A stretch of DNA of 64,000 nt, taken from NCBI RefSeq assembly GCF_963921235.1, contig NC_086118.1:23934001-23998000 (forward strand), in the 5' to 3' direction. The first letter of the stretch is position 1, and every line of letters starts with the position of its first letter. Both the position numbers and the translations under genes were made by a program. This DNA comes from Mobula hypostoma (taxonomy: Eukaryota). Of this stretch, positions 25,115-36,749 are shown in pieces. The notes beneath the pieces are model-generated. The model did not search any database. It saw only the letters and a program-made list of their open reading frames with translations, and had not been told where the DNA came from.

Positions 25115-26906
25115 CTTAATCTGTCCCTGGCCCAGGCAGTTGCCCCCACAAGCTTCAAGATCGCCACCATCGTGTCAGTGCTGAAGCATTCCACTGCCAC
25201 GAGCCTGAATGACTTCTGCCCAGTTGCACTCACCCCCATCATTGCAAAGTGCTTTGAGAGACTGGTTCTATCACATCTGAAATACTGACTGCCCACTACC
25301 CTGGACCCCCAACAATTTGCCTATCGCACCAACAGGTCAACAGAGGACGCCATCTCCACAGCACTTCACTCTGCCCTGACCCACCTGGACAGCCCCGACT
25401 CTTACGTCAGAATGTTGTTCTTTTTTTTGGCGTGTGCCTACATGTGTGCGAGTCTGTGCGTGCGTGTCTGCATGTCTGTGCGTGCGTCCATGATGATGTC
25501 TTTTTCATGGCTTTTTACAAGGCACAGAGCGAGAGAGAGAGACTATGTAGTGTACCACTCCTCGCATAGATATTTCTACAGTATTTTCCCTTTGGTTTAT
25601 GAGGTCGAGTTGCAATCTCGACACTCAGCCCGGCACGGATGGAAAGCGTACTCGGGAGCGGACTGGACTAGTTTTGGACCCGGGAACCTCCGCTCTCGGG
25701 TCTGGCGCCGATGTCGTTGCGCCACCAGCCGGCCCATTGCTGGTCATTGACTTCAGTTCGGCATTCAATACTGTGATCCCCTTCAAGCTGATCGCCAATC
25801 TTCGCCAGCTTGGTATCAGCTCATCCCTCTGCAGTTGGACCTTGGACTTTCTGACTAACAGACCCCAATCAGTTAAGTTAGACAACCTCTCCTCCTCCAC
25901 TCTCACCCTGAACACCGGCTTGCTTCAAGGCTGTGTGCTGAGCCCTCTTCTGTACTCCCTCTTCACCTATGACTGTGTTCCTGTAAATGGTTCTAAGTCC
26001 ATAATCAAGTTCGCAGACAACACCACGGTGGTTGGCCTAATCAGAGGGGATGATGAAACAGCCTACAGGGAAAGGTCCAGCACCTGGCCACGTGGTGTGC
26101 CATCAACAACCTGACCCCTAACACCCAGAAGACCAAGGAGATCATTGTGGACTTCAGGCATGCCAGGAGTCACACTCACGTCCCCATCTACATCAACGGA
26201 GCTGTAGTGGAGTGTGTATCAAGCTTCAAATTCCTTGGTGTCCACATTTCCCAGGATCTCACCTGGTCCCTGTACTCCTTCATCCTGATCAAAAAGGAAC
26301 AACAGCGCCTTTATTTCCTGTGGAGCATCAAGAAAGCTCATCTCTGTCCCAAGATACTGACGGACTTTTACCGCTGTACCATTGAGAGCATACTCACCAA
26401 CTGCATCTCAGTGTGGTATGGCAATTGTCCCATATCGGACTGCAAAGCACTCCAGCGTGTGGTGAAAACTGCCCAGCAGATTATCGACACCCAATTGCCC
26501 ACCGTTGAGAACATCTACCGTAAACGCTGCCTGGGCAGGGCAAAAAGCATTATCAAGGATGCATCTCACCCTAACCATGGACTTTTTACTCTCCTCCCAG
26601 CTGGTAGGTGCTACAGGAGCCTCTGCCCTCGCACCAGCAGGCACGGGAAGAGCTTCTTCCCTGAGGATGTGACCCTGCTGAACCTCACATCACAGCACTA
26701 AGCAGTATTGCACCCATATTGTACTGTCAGTACAGTATCAGTACTTCTATATTTGTGTGTTGTAGCACTTACTTTTTATTTGCAGTTATTTTGTAAATAA
26801 CACTATTCTTTGCATTTCTGGTTAGATGCTAACTGCATTTCATTGGCTTTGTATCTGTACTCGGCACAATGACAATAAAGTTGAATCTAATCTAATCTAA
26901 TCTAAA
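25115..26906 (+). mobile_element. Rex1/Babar LINE, 5'-truncated, nested
   Basis: [30 protein letters not shown]. (AATCT)n tail. 7-bp TSD TCTCTGA at 25108-25114 and 26907-26913. Confidence 0.92.
25421..25735 (-). mobile_element. tRNA-derived SINE nested in Rex1 RT
   Basis: - strand head GCCGGCTGGTGGCGCAA resembles the 16007 SINE. CA-rich then A tail. Interrupts VRML|FIDFSS. Confidence 0.8.
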
Positions 26907-27735
26907 TCTCTGATGGCTGCCTCATTATTATTTGAGATTAGGCTAATCAGTGTCATGTCGTCAGCAAATTTAATTAGTAAATTTAATTGTCCTCTTATGT
27001 TCAAGAGCCTGATTGTCGAGGGGTAGTAGCTGTTCTTGAGCCTGGTACTGTGAGTCCTGAGGCTCCTGTACCTTCTATCTGATGGCAGCAGCGAGAAAAG
27101 AGCAAGGCCTGGGTGTCGATGATCTTTGATGATGGGTGCTGCTTTTCTATGGCAATGTTTCATGTAGATGAGCTCAGTGGTTGGGAGTGAACTGAGATGT
27201 ACTGGGCTAAATCCATTTCTTTTTGTTGGGATTTGCCACTCAAAGGCATTGATGTTCCCATACCAGGCCATAAAACAGCCAGTCAGCTCTCCTTCCGCCA
27301 CACAAGTATAGAAGTCAGCCAAGGTTTCTGATGACATGCCGAATTTCCGCAGACTCCTGAGGAGTAAAGGCGCAGTTGTGCTATCTTTGCAATTATGATG
27401 GATCTAGGACATGTCCTCTGAGATAGTGACACCCAGGAGTTACTAACAATAGCCACTTCTGATCCTCCAATGAGTACTGCCTCGTGGACTTCTCCTGAAA
27501 TCTACAATATCCAACTCCGTTAGTGTAGTCATCTACTGGGCTTATCTGGGTAGTTCTTTATGTAGCAGTTTATCCCCGTTAATGAATGCCTCATTGCTGA
27601 TCAAAGATAATTTTTAAATTACATTTTATTGAGATATGTTCTCCATCCTGTTCAAGTCTCTTTTACTTTGGTGGATAGGGGAAATAGGAACTGGTCAAAT
27701 CTGTATTTGTTTCAATTAAGGACTGTAGTTGACAG

Positions 27736-28041
27736 GTTAAAAAAGTTAAAGTCTGTCCTGAGCCTTGTGGCCCATCAGGCTGGTGCTTATGCCGGTTTCT
27801 GTAGCGTGAAGCAACTGAGAGTACGAGACACCCCCCCCCCACCCCCGGATAGGACGCCAGTCTATCGTGAGGTTAACACGCAGCATTTGCTGGTACCCAT
27901 TTTCAGCTGGGTGGACTGGAGCATTGTGTGGTTAAGTGCCTTGCTCAAAGACACAACACGCTGCCTTGGCCGAGACTTGAACCCACGACCTTCAGATCAT
28001 GAGCCCAACGTCCTAACCACTTGGCCACGCGTCACACATAG
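27736..28041 (-). mobile_element. tRNA-derived SINE, distinct family (possibly MetaSINE-type)
   Basis: - strand A box TGGCCAAGTGG, B box GGTTCAAGTC. TSD GTTGACAG at 27728-27735 and 28042-28049. Confidence 0.82.
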
Positions 28042-28334
28042 GTTGACAGTAGGTTCATGACAATTACACCAAGCTGGCAATATAGTTTCCCCATTTTGGT
28101 ATTAAACTCCCATCAGTAGGCCATTGTTGGTGATGCCTGGGTAATGTTGAGAGAGCAGCCTTCTGATATTTTGTCTTAGGCATCATTAATAACGGCCTCA
28201 TGTACCCTCCAGCGGATAGGTTCACCTGATCAGATTCTGGCTTCCAATAAGGAATCAGAGGCCCTTTTCCTGCTCGGCAGATGCCCTTTTAGGTGATAAG
28301 GAGTCAGAGTCAGGGAAAAGATTCTTTTCCCCAA

Positions 28335-29075
28335 AATCATAGAGTCATAGAACACTGCAATACAGAAACAGACCCTCCAGCCAATCTAGTCTATGGTGAT
28401 ATATTCATCTGCTTAATCCCATCAAACTGCATCCAGAACATAGCCCTTAAGAGTTCAAAAAAGGTTCTTAGATTCATCTATTAAGTACACAACTCTGAAG
28501 TTCTTCTACTCCATACAGCTTCCATTCATGTACCTATCCAAAATTCTCTTAAATGTTCAAATTGATGTTGCATCCACTTCTGCTAGCAGCTTGTTCCTCC
28601 TCTCGTCACCCTCTGAGTGAAGAAGTTTCCCTTTCATGTTCTTCTTAAACATTTCATTTTTCACCCTTAACTTCTAGTTCACCCTCTAGTTCCAGTCTTA
28701 CCAAACCTCAGTGGAAACTGTTTGCTTGGATTTACGCTATCTATAGCCCTCAAAATTTTGTATACCTCTATCAAATCTCTCCTTATTCTTCTATGCTCTA
28801 GCGAACAAAGTCCTAACCTATTGAGCTTTTCCCTTTAACCCAGGTCCTCAAGTCCTGGCAACATTCTTGTAAATTTTCTCTGCGCGTTTTCAATTTTATA
28901 CAATTGCACACTATGCTCCAAATTAGGCCTCTCTAACATGTTATACAACTTCAACATAATATCCCAACTCCTGTTATCAATATTTAGATTTATGAAGGCC
29001 AATATGCCAAAAGCTTTCTTTATGACCTTATCTACTTGTGATGCAACTTCCAAGAAATTAGGGAACTGTATTTTC
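28335..29075 (-). mobile_element. CR1 LINE 3' fragment (degenerate)
   Basis: VASQVDKVIKKAFGILAFI...RPNLEHSVQ...QRKFTRMLPG. Confidence 0.85.
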
Positions 29076-30033
29076 AGACTGAGTGCTTGGATCCCATGTG
29101 CCTTGATCCCAGTCCTTTAAGTGAATTCCTGGTCATGTGACATTAAGAACAGCCACCGATTTGGTGAAAGCAATGCAATTCTTTTGTTTCCTTTGGCACT
29201 TTTAATGTTATCACAGCAAGTCAGTACCGCACTGGAGTGTCAGGTTGGATATATGTGTTCTGTCATGGCTCTTGAACTCACAACCTCACAATCTTCTAGC
29301 TCAGAGACCACTGTACTTCAATCTTTTCAAAAGTAAGGTATCAGCAAGTATAGAATAAAAGAAACTACTGGTTGACTGAGTACTTTAAATGTCTAAGTGA
29401 CATGATCTCCAGTGCTGCATGTGTCAAGTAGAGCTGAGGTTAATGACCACTCAAATGCTGTCTCATCCTTTTTCTTTCCGAATGGATACCTCTTAACTCT
29501 TTCTGTTTTGTCTTTCCTGTCTTTTATTGTCTCATTTTGTTGCCATGGGTGTTCAAAAGATTCAATTCTGTATTTATTGCAAGAAAATAAATTTAAACTC
29601 CCCCCTCACTGCCCCCCTGTCTCACCAGTTCTTTTATCCTGACAGGACTCTTTGTTAACACAGTGCAACTTGGGCTTTGTTTTCCTCACTGCAGATTTTG
29701 TTTTCCCCGTAGTGCAAAGTTTTAAAGTTTGTGGAAGAGTTATTGTCACTAGAGAGTCTTAAAATTGGTTTAGTTAAGACTGCCCCTTTTAAAATCAGCC
29801 TTCACGGAGGAAGCTTCCTGCACTATTTCAAACTGTGTAAAATAATTCACCAAGGGAAATTCTTCCTTTTCTTTAAAAGGAAATCCACTTGGCAAGAAAG
29901 AATAAATTATCTGGGATTTCTACAGATGTTGACCCTCTCTAATTGTTTCTTGCGGGACTAAATCTTTAATTCTTAGAGATTATTTTGTCGTGAGTGCACA
30001 GTTAGTTGGAACAAGATTTCAAATTTACATTCT

Positions 30034-30419
30034 TTCTTTCTTTTTAAATCTTTTTATTAATTTTCCAAAATTATAAACAGAATAACAATGTTGATACAGA
30101 GAGATTGGAATAATCTTGTTGTTGATAAGCATGTACAAAAAAGATTTCAAATAATACTAATATAATAGACTTCCAAACTCTTGATATAATTAATCATAGA
30201 GAAAAAAGAAATAAAAAAATACAAAGAAAACCCCCCTCCCAAAAAATAAAAATAAATACTAAACCCAAAAAAAAGCAAACGGAACAAAACAAGGCTAGAC
30301 CATTATCTTAAATCGAACACGTTCAGTAATGTTGTGAACTCCGCTCCTCTATTCATATATTTTAAGTTAATAAGAAGGATTCGGAAAGGTCAAATTACAT
30401 CATATGAAAATGTTGAATA
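30034..30419 (-). mobile_element. L1-type LINE 3' end
   Basis: 14-bp TSD CAAATTTACATTCT at 30020-30033 and 30420-30433. - strand ends AATAAA plus an A-rich tail and starts ...IQHFHMM*. The L1 assignment is an inference. Confidence 0.75.
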
Positions 30420-30664
30420 CAAATTTACATTCTATGACTGAATTAAATTAGTAACCTGATTTCTAACACCAAATTATAGGAAATCTTGGCTGTTTACTTC
30501 GTGCTTAACATTTTATCACAAGGGTGGGAAATGCATAAGATTAGAAAAATGGAGCTCAATGTTCAAAAAAAAAGGATTAGTTGTTGAAATATTAATTGTT
30601 AGCTGTGAAAAGGAACAGGAAGGAGAAACTGGTATGTGTCAAGCCCTTTATTCAAGCGTAACAT

Positions 30665-30890
30665 AAAATCAGAATCCGGTTTATTATCATTGACATAGGT
30701 CATGAAATTTGGTGTTTTGTGACATCAGTACAGTGAGAAATATAAAACAATTACTATTAGTTACAATTAGAAATAAAATAAATAAATAGTTCAAAAGAGG
30801 CTTAATGACTTAGTGTTCATGGGTTTATGGACCATTCAGAAATCTGATGGCCTCCATTGATGCAACCAGTCAGAAGGCTCTCCACAGTAC
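30665..30890 (-). mobile_element. Rex1/Babar 3' UTR fragment
   Basis: AATCAGAATCCGGTTTATTATC resembles the reverse complement of the 16950-16976 tail. Confidence 0.6.
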
Positions 30891-31160
30891 ATTTTACTTG
30901 TACAGAAGAGTCACAGAGCAATAGAACATGGACACCATAGTCAGCCCAATGATACCAGGCCGACCATAGTGTCCACTCAGTTTGACCAAATTTCCTGAGT
31001 TCTGTCCATATCCCTCTAAGCCCTGCTCCTGCAAATGCTTCTTAAATGATGCCTGCCTAGACCACTTCCCCTCACAGCTTGTTGCATATACTCACCATTC
31101 TCTGGATGAAAATGTTGCCCTTCCTGTCCCTTTTCATTTTTGCCTCTCACTGTAAACCTC

Positions 31161-33288
31161 TCACCTTGCCGGTGTGAATTGGGATGATGTTTTTGCAGGG
31201 AAATGTACTATGGGCATGTGGTCGATGTTTAGAGATCTCTTGCGGGATGTTAGGGATAAATTTATCCCGGTGAGGAAGATAAAGAATGGTAGGGTGAAGG
31301 AACCATGGGTAACAAGTGAGGTGGAAAATCTAGTCAGGTGGAATAAGGTAGCATATATGAGGTTTAGGAAGCAAGGATCAGATGGGTCTATTGAGGAACA
31401 TAGGGAAGCAAGAAAGGAGCTTAAGAAGGGACTGAGAAGAGCAAGAAGGGGGCATGAGAAGGCCTTGGCGAGTAGGGTAAAGGAAAACCCCAAGGCATTC
31501 TTCAATTATGTGAAGAAAAAAGGATGACAGGAGAGAAGATAGGACTAATTAGAGATAAAGGTGGGAAGATGTGCCTGGAGACAATGGAAGTGAGCGAGGT
31601 CCTCAATGAATACCTCTCTTTGGTATTCATCAATGAGAGGGAACTTGATGGTGAGGACAATATGAGTGAGGTTGATGCTCTGGAGCATGTTGATATTAAG
31701 GAAGAGGAGGTGTTGGAGTTGTTGGGATGGATAAGTCCCCGGGGCCTGAAGGAATATTCCCCAGGCTGCTCCATGAGGCGAGGGAGGAGATTGCTGAGCC
31801 TCTGGTTAGGATCTTTATGTCCTCGTTGTCCACGGGAATGGTACCGGAGGATTGGAGGGAGGCGAATGTTGTCCCCTTGTTCAAAAAAGGTAGTAGGAAT
31901 AGTCCGGGTAATTATAGACCAGTGAGCCTTACATCTGTGGTGAGAAAGCTGTTGGAAAAGATTCTTAGAGATAGGATCTCTGGGCATTTAGAGAATCATG
32001 GTCTGATCAGGGACAGTCAGCATGGCTTTGTGAAGGGAAGATTGTGTTTAACAAGCCTGATAGAGTTCTTTGAGGAGGTGACCAGGCATATAGACGAGGT
32101 AGTGCAGTGGATGTGATCTGCATGGATTTTAGTAAGGCATTTGACAAGGTTCCACATGGTAGGCTTATTCAGAAAGTCAGAAGGCATGGGATCCAGGGAA
32201 GTTTGGCCAGGTGGATTCAGAATTGGCTTGCCTGCAGAAGGCAGAGAGTCGTGGTGGCGGACGTACAATCTGATAGGAGGATTGTGACTAGTGATGTCCC
32301 ACAAGGATCTGTTCTTGGACCTCTACTTTTCATGATTTTTATTAGCGACCTGGATGTGGGGGTAGAAGGGTGGGTTGGCAAGTTTGCAGACGACACAAAG
32401 GTTGGTGGGTTGTAGATAGTGTAGAGGATTGTCAAAGATTGCAGAGAGACATTGATAGGATGCAGAAGTGGGCTGAGAAGTGGCAGATGGAGTTCAACCT
32501 GGAGAAGTGTGAGGTGGTACACTTTGGAAGGACAAACTCCAAGGCAGAGTACAAAGTAAACGGCAGGATACTTGGTAGTGTGGAGGAGCAGAGAGATCTG
32601 GGGGTACATGTCCACAGATCCCTGAAAGTTGCCTCACAGGTGGATAGGGTAGTTAAGAAAGCTTATGGGGTGTTAGCTTTCATAAGTCGAGGGATAGAGT
32701 TTAAGAGTCGCGATGTAATGATGCAGCTCCATAAAACTCTGGTTAGGCCACACTTGGAGTATTGTGTCCAGTTCTGGTCGCCTCACTATAGGAAGAATGT
32801 GGAAGCATTGGAAAGGGTACAGAGGAAATTTACCAGAATGCTGCCTGGTTTAGAGAGTATGCATTATGATCAGAGATTAAGGGAGCTAGGGCTTTACTCT
32901 TTGGAGAGAAGGAGGGTGAGAGGAGACATGATAGAGGTGTACAAGATAATAAGAGGAATAGATAGAGTGGATAGCCAGTGCCTCTTCCCCAGGGCATCAC
33001 TGCTCAATACAAGAGGACATGGCTTTAAGGTAAGGAGTGGGAAATTCAAGGGGGATATTAGAGGAAGGTTTTTTACTCAGAGAGTGGTTGGTGCATGGAA
33101 TGCCCTGCCTGAGTCAGTGGTGGAGCCAGATACACTAGTGAAGTTTAAGAGACTACTAGGCAGGTATATGGAGGAATTTAAGTTGGGGGCTTATATGGGA
33201 GGCAGGGTTTGAGGGTCGGCACAATATTGTGGGCCGAAGGGCCTGTTCTGTGCTGTAATATTCTATGTTCTATGTTCTATGTTCTATG
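31161..33288 (+). mobile_element. 5'-truncated CR1 LINE with frameshifted RT
   Basis: [38 protein letters not shown] spread over several frames. (TTCTATG)n tail. Confidence 0.93.
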
Positions 33289-33753
33289 TCTGCTACTTTT
33301 GGACTCCCAGACCCCAGGGAAAAATTGTCACCCTCCACCTTATCTATGCCTCTTAGAAGTTTAAACATTTCTGTAAGATTGCCTCTGATTCTCCTTTCTT
33401 TCAATAAATAAAGACCCAGAGTGGCCAATTTCTCCTTATGACTCGTCTTCTTGTCTTGGCAACATCCTCATAGATCTTTTCTGCATTCTTTCCAGTTTAA
33501 TTAAATCCTTCCTATTGGGTGACCAAAACTATGCGCAATACTCCAAGTGCAGCCCCACCAATGACTTATACAACTGGAACATATTGTCGTAACTCCAATA
33601 CACAATGCCAGCATGCTAAATGCCTGTTTCACCACCCTGTCTACCTGTAATGCTGCTTTCAACAAATTGTGCACTTGTACTCCTTAGTCTCTCTGTTCCA
33701 TTACACTCCCTAGTGCCCTACCATTCATAACAAAAGGCTATGTTGGTTTGACT

Positions 33754-35062
33754 CCCACATCATGAAGACCCTGGAGAGACTTGTTCTGGAGCTGCTCCAG
33801 CCTATGGTCAGGCCACACTTAGATCCCCTCCAGTTCACCTACAAGCCCCGACTAGGAGTTGAGGCTGCCATCGTCTAACTGCTGAACCGTGTCTACGCCC
33901 ACCTGGACAAGCCAGCGAGCACTGTGAGGGTCATGTTTTTTGACCTCTCCAGTGCGTTCAACACCATCCGCCCTGCTCTGCTGGGGGAGAAGCTGACAGC
34001 GATGCAGGTGGATGCTTCCCTGGTGTCATGGATTCTTGATTACCTGACTGGCAGACCACAGTAGGTGTGCTTGCAACACTGTGTGTCCGACAGAGTGATC
34101 AGCAGCACTGGGGCTCCACAGGGGACTGTCCTGTCTCCCTTTCTCTTCACCATTTACACCTTGGACTTCAACTACTGCACAGAGTCTTGTCATCTTCAGA
34201 AGTTTTCTGATGACTCTGCCACAGTTGGATGCATCAGCAGGGGAGATGAGGCTGAGTACAGGGCTACGGTAGGAAACTTTGTCACATGGTGTGAGCAGAA
34301 TTATCTGCAGCTTAATGTGAAAAAGACTAAGGAGCTGGTGGTAGACCTGAGGAGAGCTAAGGTACCAGTGACCCCTGTTTCCATCCAGGGGGTCAGTGTG
34401 GACATGGTGAAGGATTACAAATACCTGGGGATACGAATTGACAATAAACTGGACTGGTCAAAGAACACTGAGGCTGTCTACAAGAAGGGTCAGAGCCGTC
34501 TCTATTTCCTGAGGAGACAGAGATCCTTTAACATCTGCCGGACGATGCTGAGGATGTTCTACGATTCTGTGGTGGCCAGTGCGGTCATGTTTGCTGTTGT
34601 GTGCTGGGGCAGCAGGCTGAGGGTAGCAGACACCAACAGAATCAACAAACTCATTCGTTAGGCCAGTGATGTTGTGGGAATGGAACTGGACTCTCTGACG
34701 GTGGTGTCTGAAAAGAGGATGCTGTCCAAGTTGCATGCCATCTTGGACAATGTCTCCAATCCACTACATAATGTACTGATTGGGCACAGGAGTACATTCA
34801 ACCAAGAGACTCATTCCACAGAGATGCAACACAGAGCGTCATAGGAAGTCATTCCTGCCTGTGGCCATCAAACTTTACAACTCCTCTCTTGGAGGGTCAG
34901 ACACCCTGAGCCAATAGGCTGGTCCTGGACTTATTTCCTGGCATAATTTACATATTACTATTTAATTATTTATGGTTCTATTACTATTTAATTATTTATG
35001 GTGCAACCTGTAACGAAAACCCATTTCCCCCGGGATCAATAAAGTATGACTATGACTATGAC
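33754..35062 (+). mobile_element. Rex1/Babar LINE, 5'-truncated
   Basis: GAPQGTVLSPFLFTIYT, QKFSDDS, LNVKKTKELVVD. AATAAA plus a (TATGAC)n tail. Confidence 0.92.
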
Positions 35063-35523
35063 TTTCCAACACATCACTTTACACATACTGAAATCTAATT
35101 GCTACTTCCATAACTGATCAAATTTAGAGATATTCTTGATAGTGAATAAGGTTATTGTAGATTACCATTGTAACTTCATGTCATCCGCAAAATTATGAAT
35201 CAAGCCCCATGTATCCAAATCTCCTCAAAATCCAAATGAAGTTTAACTGCTGATGAGCCTTCTTCATGACAGCATCAATATGTTGGGCTCAGGATAGATT
35301 CTTTGTGATGTGGACACCCAGGAACTCAAAGCTGCTCATCCTTCCCACAGCTGGTTCCTCACTACGGATTGGCGTGTGTTTTCCTGACTTCTTCTTCTGG
35401 AAGTCCGCAATCAACTCCTTGGTTTCACACACAGGGATGGAATGGTAGCATAGTGGTGAGCACAATGCTTTACCGTACAGATGATATTTTAATTCCTGGC
35501 GCTACCTGTAAGGAGTTTGTATG

Positions 35524-36120
35524 TGTAACCCTCGGGCTCGGCCAGCTCGCGTTCGGCTAGGGGAATCAGACTTCGGACCCGCCAAACCGGGTAATCACAT
35601 TTGTGTGGATGCTGTGTAATGTACCCCCAGTTACAAACCCACAGCGCAAAATATCAGACAGTGCACCATATGCAATTAAATGATAGACTTTATGAATCTT
35701 AACCTGAATATAGGGTTAGTAATGAAAATAAACAAAACAAAAAAAGGGCCCAAGTCAAAATCAGAATTCCGCGTTGGAGCTCACTCAGTAGTCATCCTTC
35801 CACCATCGGTCTCCTCCAAATGTCGCTGACCATCGGACCCTCAGATCCCAGCCCACTCCATCCAGTGGTCTACCAACTCTCTCCACACACATCCTCCCTC
35901 TTCATCTCTCCTCGACTAAAGAACGCGAAAAACCCCGGCTCCCAGACACACAAGAAAGAACAACATTTCTCCCATTGGACAGCCACTGAATTCCAAATTC
36001 CCGTTACCTCTAGTCATAACCCAAACATTGCTGCCACAGAGAAACCATTACCTTAACAGTGGAATATTACATAGAAGCCATTACATTAGCCTTAGCAGTG
36101 AAACTTTACAGTGTGTTACA
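35524..36120 (-). repeat. 3' LTR
   Basis: TGTAAC...GTTACA. Homologous to 40961-41555. Polypurine tract GGGGGGAGAGTGAGAG on the - strand at ~36121-36136. Confidence 0.95.
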
Positions 36121-36749
36121 CTCTCACTCTCCCCCCATCGAATTTAGTCATGTCCTCATGATGTTGAGATAATTCGCCAACCCTTCCTGCAAAACACAAA
36201 GCCCAATCCAGGTGCAAAAAGCAGTGACGTAGCTCCCCAACACAGTAGAGATCATGCCCTACATAGGCCCTACGTAGGCCAACCTATCTGGTGGTTTCCT
36301 AATTCTCTGAGACCTCCGTACCGCCTCATCTAAATCTTCAGGCTCAGACGCTACTGGGGATATTTCGGGTTTACTTGGCGAATCCTCCCTCGATCTATCA
36401 CTCATGCCCCTCGCAACTTGGAGCACCCTGTCCCAAGTCCAGGCCCCACTTCCTCTCCTTCAGGGTCCTGCTGTAACTCAGGCTGCCCACAGATAGCTCC
36501 CCCCACAACCTCATCTGACTCAGTGGGAGAAGGGCCAGGAGTCTCTGCCTCAATCATTGGGGAGTTAGCAAACGGCAGCATGTACCACACATCCAGATCA
36601 TCATCCTCTGAATCAGTATCCCTCTCATGGATGGGGCCCAGCCCAGCCTCTCCTGTTGTGGGCCCTGCAGTCGCCCCGCGTTTTCACATAGTCCTCTTAC
36701 TAAGGTGTAGGCTCCAAGTCGGACTCTGGGTCTACCTGCACCTCTTGTC

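Larger units (their letters stand above)
24342..26986 (-). mobile_element. Rex1/Babar LINE fragment (parts 24342-25114 and 26907-26986)
   Basis: Reverse-complement homolog of 51717-52585. The sequence is continuous across the TCTCTGA duplication. Confidence 0.88.
24098..27510 (-). mobile_element. Outer Rex1/Babar fragment (parts ~24098-24341 and ~26987-27510)
   Basis: - strand ETLADFYTCV...AWYG...KAAPIIKDHRHPGLALFSLLPS. Assigning the distal part as its 3' UTR is an inference. Confidence 0.6.
30915..35210 (-). mobile_element. Old CR1 fragment in three pieces (~30915-31160, ~33289-33753, ~35063-35210)
   Basis: Antisense CR1 3' sequence (GACCAAAACTATGCGCAATACTCCAAGTG and flanks) resumes after each nested insertion. 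Confidence 0.7.
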
